Shown piece after piece: positions 7,086 to 9,689 of a DNA stretch of 9,689 bases; the stretch's first letter is position 1, and each line of letters begins with the position of its first letter. The notes under the pieces were generated by a model. That model made no database searches. It saw only the letters and a program-made list of their open reading frames with translations, and was not told where the DNA came from. Location: IMG/VR virus record IMGVR_UViG_3300026224_000016; one strand, written 5' to 3'. Origin of the DNA: a virus (taxonomy: Duplodnaviria; Heunggongvirae; Uroviricota; Caudoviricetes). Made by a program: the position numbers and the translations under genes.

Positions 7086-7114
7086 TTGACAGACAAAATC
7101 GGCAAACCTATTAT
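7086..7114 (+). promoter_or_regulatory. sigma70-like promoter for the accessory cassette, with flanking repeats
   Basis: -35 TTGACA (7086-7091), 17-nt spacer, -10 TATTAT (7109-7114). Direct repeats AAATCGATAAACC (7071-7083) and AAATCGGCAAACC (7096-7108) flank the -35, and CCGATT (7082-7087) / AATCGG (7096-7101) form an inverted pair. Confidence 0.55.
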
Positions 7115-7163
7115 CATGGCATAGGTATCGAACTCACCAAAGCAATTATAGAGGATGAGAAAA

Positions 7164-7661
7164 ATGTCATCGTATATGGGGTTACCAACAAATCAGCACG
7201 ATGCTCTTGAGAATATTCAACTCTTAGTAGGGGCTGGTGCACTACTGTATAGCAGCAATAATCCTGAGTTAATTGAACTTGCCAGCTCCATCCTGGCTGT
7301 AACTCAAAAATACAGCCTCACCGCGTCGCGTTTATGCAAACAAAATTTAGCTATTAATTCCCAGAATCGGATTCGCACCCAACGCGAAGCCTGCGGCTTA
7401 ACAACCGCCGAACTCGCCAGGCTGCTCGATCTCGATGAAGAAATTATCATCCAGTGGGAGAGCGGAGAGTATGAACCAACTATCAGTATGCTTATCCCAC
7501 TGGCAAATATTCTTGGCTGCGATCCGATGTGGCTGTTAACTGGCGAAGTTACTCCTCCGGAGCAACCAAAAAGTGAGGAGCAGCAACACCATGACGCATC
7601 TCAACAAGTTTGCTCCTTATCTCGCGAAGCTCTTCTACGGAAGAACCAATACCAATGGTGA
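7164..7661 (+). CDS. HTH (XRE/Cro-C1-type) DNA-binding protein with an uncharacterised N-terminal domain (165 aa)
   Basis: C-terminal half has a classic XRE HTH (LTTAELARLLDLDEEIIIQWESGEYEPTISMLIPLANILGCDPMWLLTG). The roughly 75-aa N-terminal region matches nothing I recognise. Start chosen at ATG 7164 (SD GAGGA, 8-nt spacer). Confidence 0.7.
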   Translation: MSSYMGLPTNQHDALENIQLLVGAGALLYSSNNPELIELASSILAVTQKYSLTASRLCKQNLAINSQNRIRTQREACGLTTAELARLLDLDEEIIIQWESGEYEPTISMLIPLANILGCDPMWLLTGEVTPPEQPKSEEQQHHDASQQVCSLSREALLRKNQYQW

Positions 7662-7789
7662 CATAATCGCCGCTTCGCCCCTCAAGGTACATGCGAACAT
7701 TTTTATCAATCATTGCGGAAACAGTCTCAATATGAAAACACTTCTGAGACTCGCTATATAGCAGAACATATAAGTCAGCTGAGGAAGCC

Positions 7790-8155
7790 ATGAAAAAGTT
7801 CGAAAACATAACTGTTCTCCATGTTGATGACTTTGATTATACAAACCCGGAACCTCTCCCGGAGGTTGTAAAGGCAATAGATGTTGCCGATATAGTGATT
7901 AGAGGAAAGAGAATTGTCAAAAACAGGCTCGCATGCACTTCAGGAGCAATGACAAAAACAACCTCACAACAAGATGATTATGAAGGCATTTGTCTGGAGC
8001 CGGACTCATTTGCGGTAAATGTTTATCATTTATTGCATGCAACACAGGTATTACATATGTCCAGTAATCACGAAACAAAAACACTTGGCAGCGAAATTCT
8101 GAATTTTGCATGTGAATATGCAAAAGCTGCTGCCGAAAAAGAATTAGCGCAATAA
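7790..8155 (+). CDS. hypothetical protein (121 aa)
   Basis: ORF with SD GAGGAAG immediately upstream of ATG 7790, co-oriented with the HTH gene. No motif recognised. Confidence 0.6.
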   Translation: MKKFENITVLHVDDFDYTNPEPLPEVVKAIDVADIVIRGKRIVKNRLACTSGAMTKTTSQQDDYEGICLEPDSFAVNVYHLLHATQVLHMSSNHETKTLGSEILNFACEYAKAAAEKELAQ

Positions 8156-8353
8156 CAACAAATATGCCATGAACGTTTATTACGGTTTTATCGCCGGGGA
8201 TTGTTGCAACCTTTATTCATAGAGGTAACTCAGTTATGACTTTCCTGAAAAATAAGGCATCGTATAAAACTGCCTGCCTCATTGCACAACATGGAGATTC
8301 TTATCTTCATATAGCCAACCTGTATTTGCGCAAAGCATATGGGAGATAAATAA

Positions 8354-8542
8354 ATGAAAGAAAAACAACAGAACATAACACATGAAAAAGTAAGAGTGTT
8401 GTTGACCATTGAAAATGGGAAAGTGATTTACTCAAAACATCTGTCGGATGATGAATTCGTTGGCTGCATGGATACATTTCTGTGGATGGTAAAAAGAGCG
8501 GGTTACACGATTATTCCACCAGCAAAGGAACAAACATTATGA
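8354..8542 (+). CDS. hypothetical small protein (62 aa), translationally coupled to the downstream gene
   Basis: SD GGGAGA (8341-8346) 7 nt before ATG 8354. Its stop overlaps the next gene's start as ATGA at 8539-8542. Charged, soluble-looking. Confidence 0.55.
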   Translation: MKEKQQNITHEKVRVLLTIENGKVIYSKHLSDDEFVGCMDTFLWMVKRAGYTIIPPAKEQTL

Positions 8543-9120
8543 ATTATTCAGAGTTCCGACCAGAAGTTACGCCACATGGCATAAAAATTGGCAATACAAC
8601 CATTGATTATGTTGAGGCCGTACAGCGACTTAATGATGGTGAATACGATTATCCAAACTCACACGGTTTAAGAATCATGCAATGTATTGCTGAAGCCGAT
8701 GATGCAGGGTTGCTGGGACGATTTTCAGTCGATATGAAAGTTGCTCAATGGCGATGGCTGTATGTGACTACGTTTATAAATGAAGAGAAAGACAAGAACG
8801 GTACCGTTGATATCCCTAACGATAATGGAACTACAGATCGCGCAGTTATTTACAAGGGGAAACATGGTTGCCTGAGTATCTACCCCGGACCACTTCGCAT
8901 TGCCCTGCAAAACCATGTCGAATGGGGATTTATTGAAAAATATGGCGAAGCTGAAGGCATGGGGCGAGTTCTGTTTCTCTATCAAAAAATGCTCATCGCA
9001 GATCCTGATAATGGTTTCATTATCTCTGCTATGGGGCGCGAAGGGCTTGAACTCCTTCTGGATGAAATGATTCACGATCTGAATACTCATGGTATGCCAG
9101 AAGCGCCAGTGACACATTAA
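8539..9120 (+). CDS. hypothetical protein (193 aa)
   Basis: Start set to ATG 8539 (SD AAGGAA, ATGA overlap with upstream stop) rather than the track's 8482. No nucleotide-binding or catalytic motif recognised by eye. Confidence 0.65.
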   Translation: MNYSEFRPEVTPHGIKIGNTTIDYVEAVQRLNDGEYDYPNSHGLRIMQCIAEADDAGLLGRFSVDMKVAQWRWLYVTTFINEEKDKNGTVDIPNDNGTTDRAVIYKGKHGCLSIYPGPLRIALQNHVEWGFIEKYGEAEGMGRVLFLYQKMLIADPDNGFIISAMGREGLELLLDEMIHDLNTHGMPEAPVTH

Positions 9121-9127
9121 ATATTAA

Positions 9128-9152
9128 GAAGAATATAATTCTTCCGTTTTTT
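9128..9152 (+). terminator. terminator-like hairpin closing the accessory cassette
   Basis: Perfect inverted repeat GAAGAAT (9128-9134) / ATTCTTC (9138-9144), loop ATA, then CG and TTTTTT (9147-9152). The stem is AT-rich, so strength is uncertain. Confidence 0.4.
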
Positions 9153-9165
9153 ACTAACCGTTTAT

Positions 9166-9273
9166 ATGAAAAGCAACCGTGAATTAAGCAGAGTAAAACT
9201 GATTTTAATCCTTGCCACAGTGCTGACACTAACTGAAATCATTATTCTCTTTATTGCGCTGTCAGTCGGTTAA
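9166..9273 (+). CDS. candidate small hydrophobic single-pass membrane peptide (35 aa)
   Basis: My own translation: MKSNRELSRVKLILILATVLTLTEIIILFIALSVG, a charged N-terminus followed by one hydrophobic helix. No SD, and below the track's length cutoff, so this is tentative. Confidence 0.25.
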   Translation: MKSNRELSRVKLILILATVLTLTEIIILFIALSVG

Positions 9274-9296
9274 AAATATCGGGATACCACAGACCA

Positions 9297-9485
9297 ATGA
9301 GACTGTATTTCACAATAGTAATTTTACTGGCAATTATCGCATGCATTTACGGATTACTCGTTCCGTTCCTTATATCCATGAAGGATACGATAGCAGTTAT
9401 TTCTGGCTTTGCACTGGCGTTTCTGACCCCGCCCTGCATTTATGCCATTTACAAGGGTCTTTCTTTCACTAAGGATAAAAGATGA
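9297..9485 (+). CDS. small membrane protein, two predicted transmembrane helices (62 aa)
   Basis: Strongly hydrophobic product (IVILLAIIACIYGLLVPFLI and AVISGFALAFLTPPCIYAIY). Stop overlaps the downstream lipoprotein start (ATGA at 9482-9485). Weak SD. Confidence 0.45.
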   Translation: MRLYFTIVILLAIIACIYGLLVPFLISMKDTIAVISGFALAFLTPPCIYAIYKGLSFTKDKR

Positions 9486-9562
9486 AAAAAATTATTTTTG
9501 CTTTAGCCATTGTTCTGCCGACTATTGGCCTTGTCGGTTGCGATCGCGTTGAACCAGGTAAT
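9482..9562 (+). pseudogene. small lipoprotein gene, 5' portion only, interrupted by an IS903-group insertion
   Basis: SD AAGGA then ATG 9482. Product MKKIIFALAIVLPTIGLVGC-DRVEPGN has a signal peptide with lipobox LVGC. The reading frame runs into the IS inverted repeat at 9563 and stops at an IS-derived TAA (9575-9577). Confidence 0.5.
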
Positions 9563-9689
9563 GGCTTTGTTGAATAAATCGAACTTTTGCTGAGTTGAAG
9601 GATCAGATCACGCATCCTCCCGACAACACAGACCATTCCGTGGCAAAGCAAAAGTTCAGAATCACCAACTGGTCCACCTACAACAAAGC
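9563..9689 (+). mobile_element. IS903-group (IS5 family) insertion sequence, left end; element continues beyond the window
   Basis: Starts with the terminal inverted repeat GGCTTTGTTGAATAAATCG. The following about 125 bp differ at only 4 positions from the IS903 left end as I recall it from Tn903 cassettes. Identification is from memory, not alignment. Confidence 0.8.
9640..9689 (+). CDS. IS903-family transposase, N-terminal 16 codons (partial)
   Basis: GTG 9640 followed by AKQKFRITNWSTYNK, matching the conserved N-terminus of IS903/IS102-type transposases (KQKFKITNWSTYNKALINRG). In-frame TTG at 9595 is an alternative start. Confidence 0.55.
   Translation, partial: MAKQKFRITNWSTYNK

Noticed and set aside
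7013-7210. Plus-strand ORF 7013..7210 (65 aa)
   Set aside because: It would read through the strong terminator hairpin and the promoter elements; better explained as non-coding regulatory DNA.
8482-8538. Track start of the 193-aa gene at 8482 (19 extra codons)
   Set aside because: That start lies deep inside the 62-aa gene with no SD; ATG 8539 has an SD and the ATGA overlap.
8539-9120. Possible HEPN-like Rx4-6H motif (RIALQNH) in the 193-aa protein
   Set aside because: A single R-x5-H occurrence is expected by chance in a protein this size; with no supporting fold evidence it cannot support a nuclease call.
7917-9229. Minus-strand ORFs 7917..8123, 8725..9117 and 9029..9229
   Set aside because: Antisense to the SD-supported plus-strand cassette genes, or spanning the terminator-like hairpin; no SD.
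9254-9651. ORFs 9254..9472 (+) and 9469..9651 (-)
   Set aside because: The first overlaps the hydrophobic 9297 ORF in another frame; the second is antisense across the lipoprotein gene and the IS end.
1-9689. CRISPR arrays, tRNA or rRNA genes
   Set aside because: No regularly spaced direct repeats with unique spacers, and no cloverleaf-compatible or rRNA-like segments, were seen. The only tandem repeats are the short coding-region repeats at 2907-2997.

Overview
This window reads as the immunity and replication region of a lambdoid-type temperate prophage in an enterobacterial genome, called from sequence motifs and gene architecture only (no database search was possible). On the minus strand a leftward early operon runs cro-like -> Rha-family regulator -> three uncharacterised translationally coupled genes -> O-like replication initiator -> DnaC-like helicase loader -> DnaB-like helicase -> a partial gene running off the left edge. 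Divergent from cro, on the plus strand, is a cI-like repressor with a LexA-type S24 autopeptidase domain, followed by a strong intrinsic terminator. The most interesting part lies downstream of cI (about 7065-9152): a terminator-bracketed accessory cassette with its own sigma70-like promoter, encoding an HTH protein and three proteins I cannot assign to any family. It sits where lambda carries rexAB, so it is a candidate superinfection-exclusion, defence or toxin-antitoxin-like module; this is inference from position and architecture. At the right end, small membrane-protein genes include a lipoprotein gene interrupted at 9563 by the left end of an IS903-group insertion sequence. No rRNA, tRNA or CRISPR array was seen.
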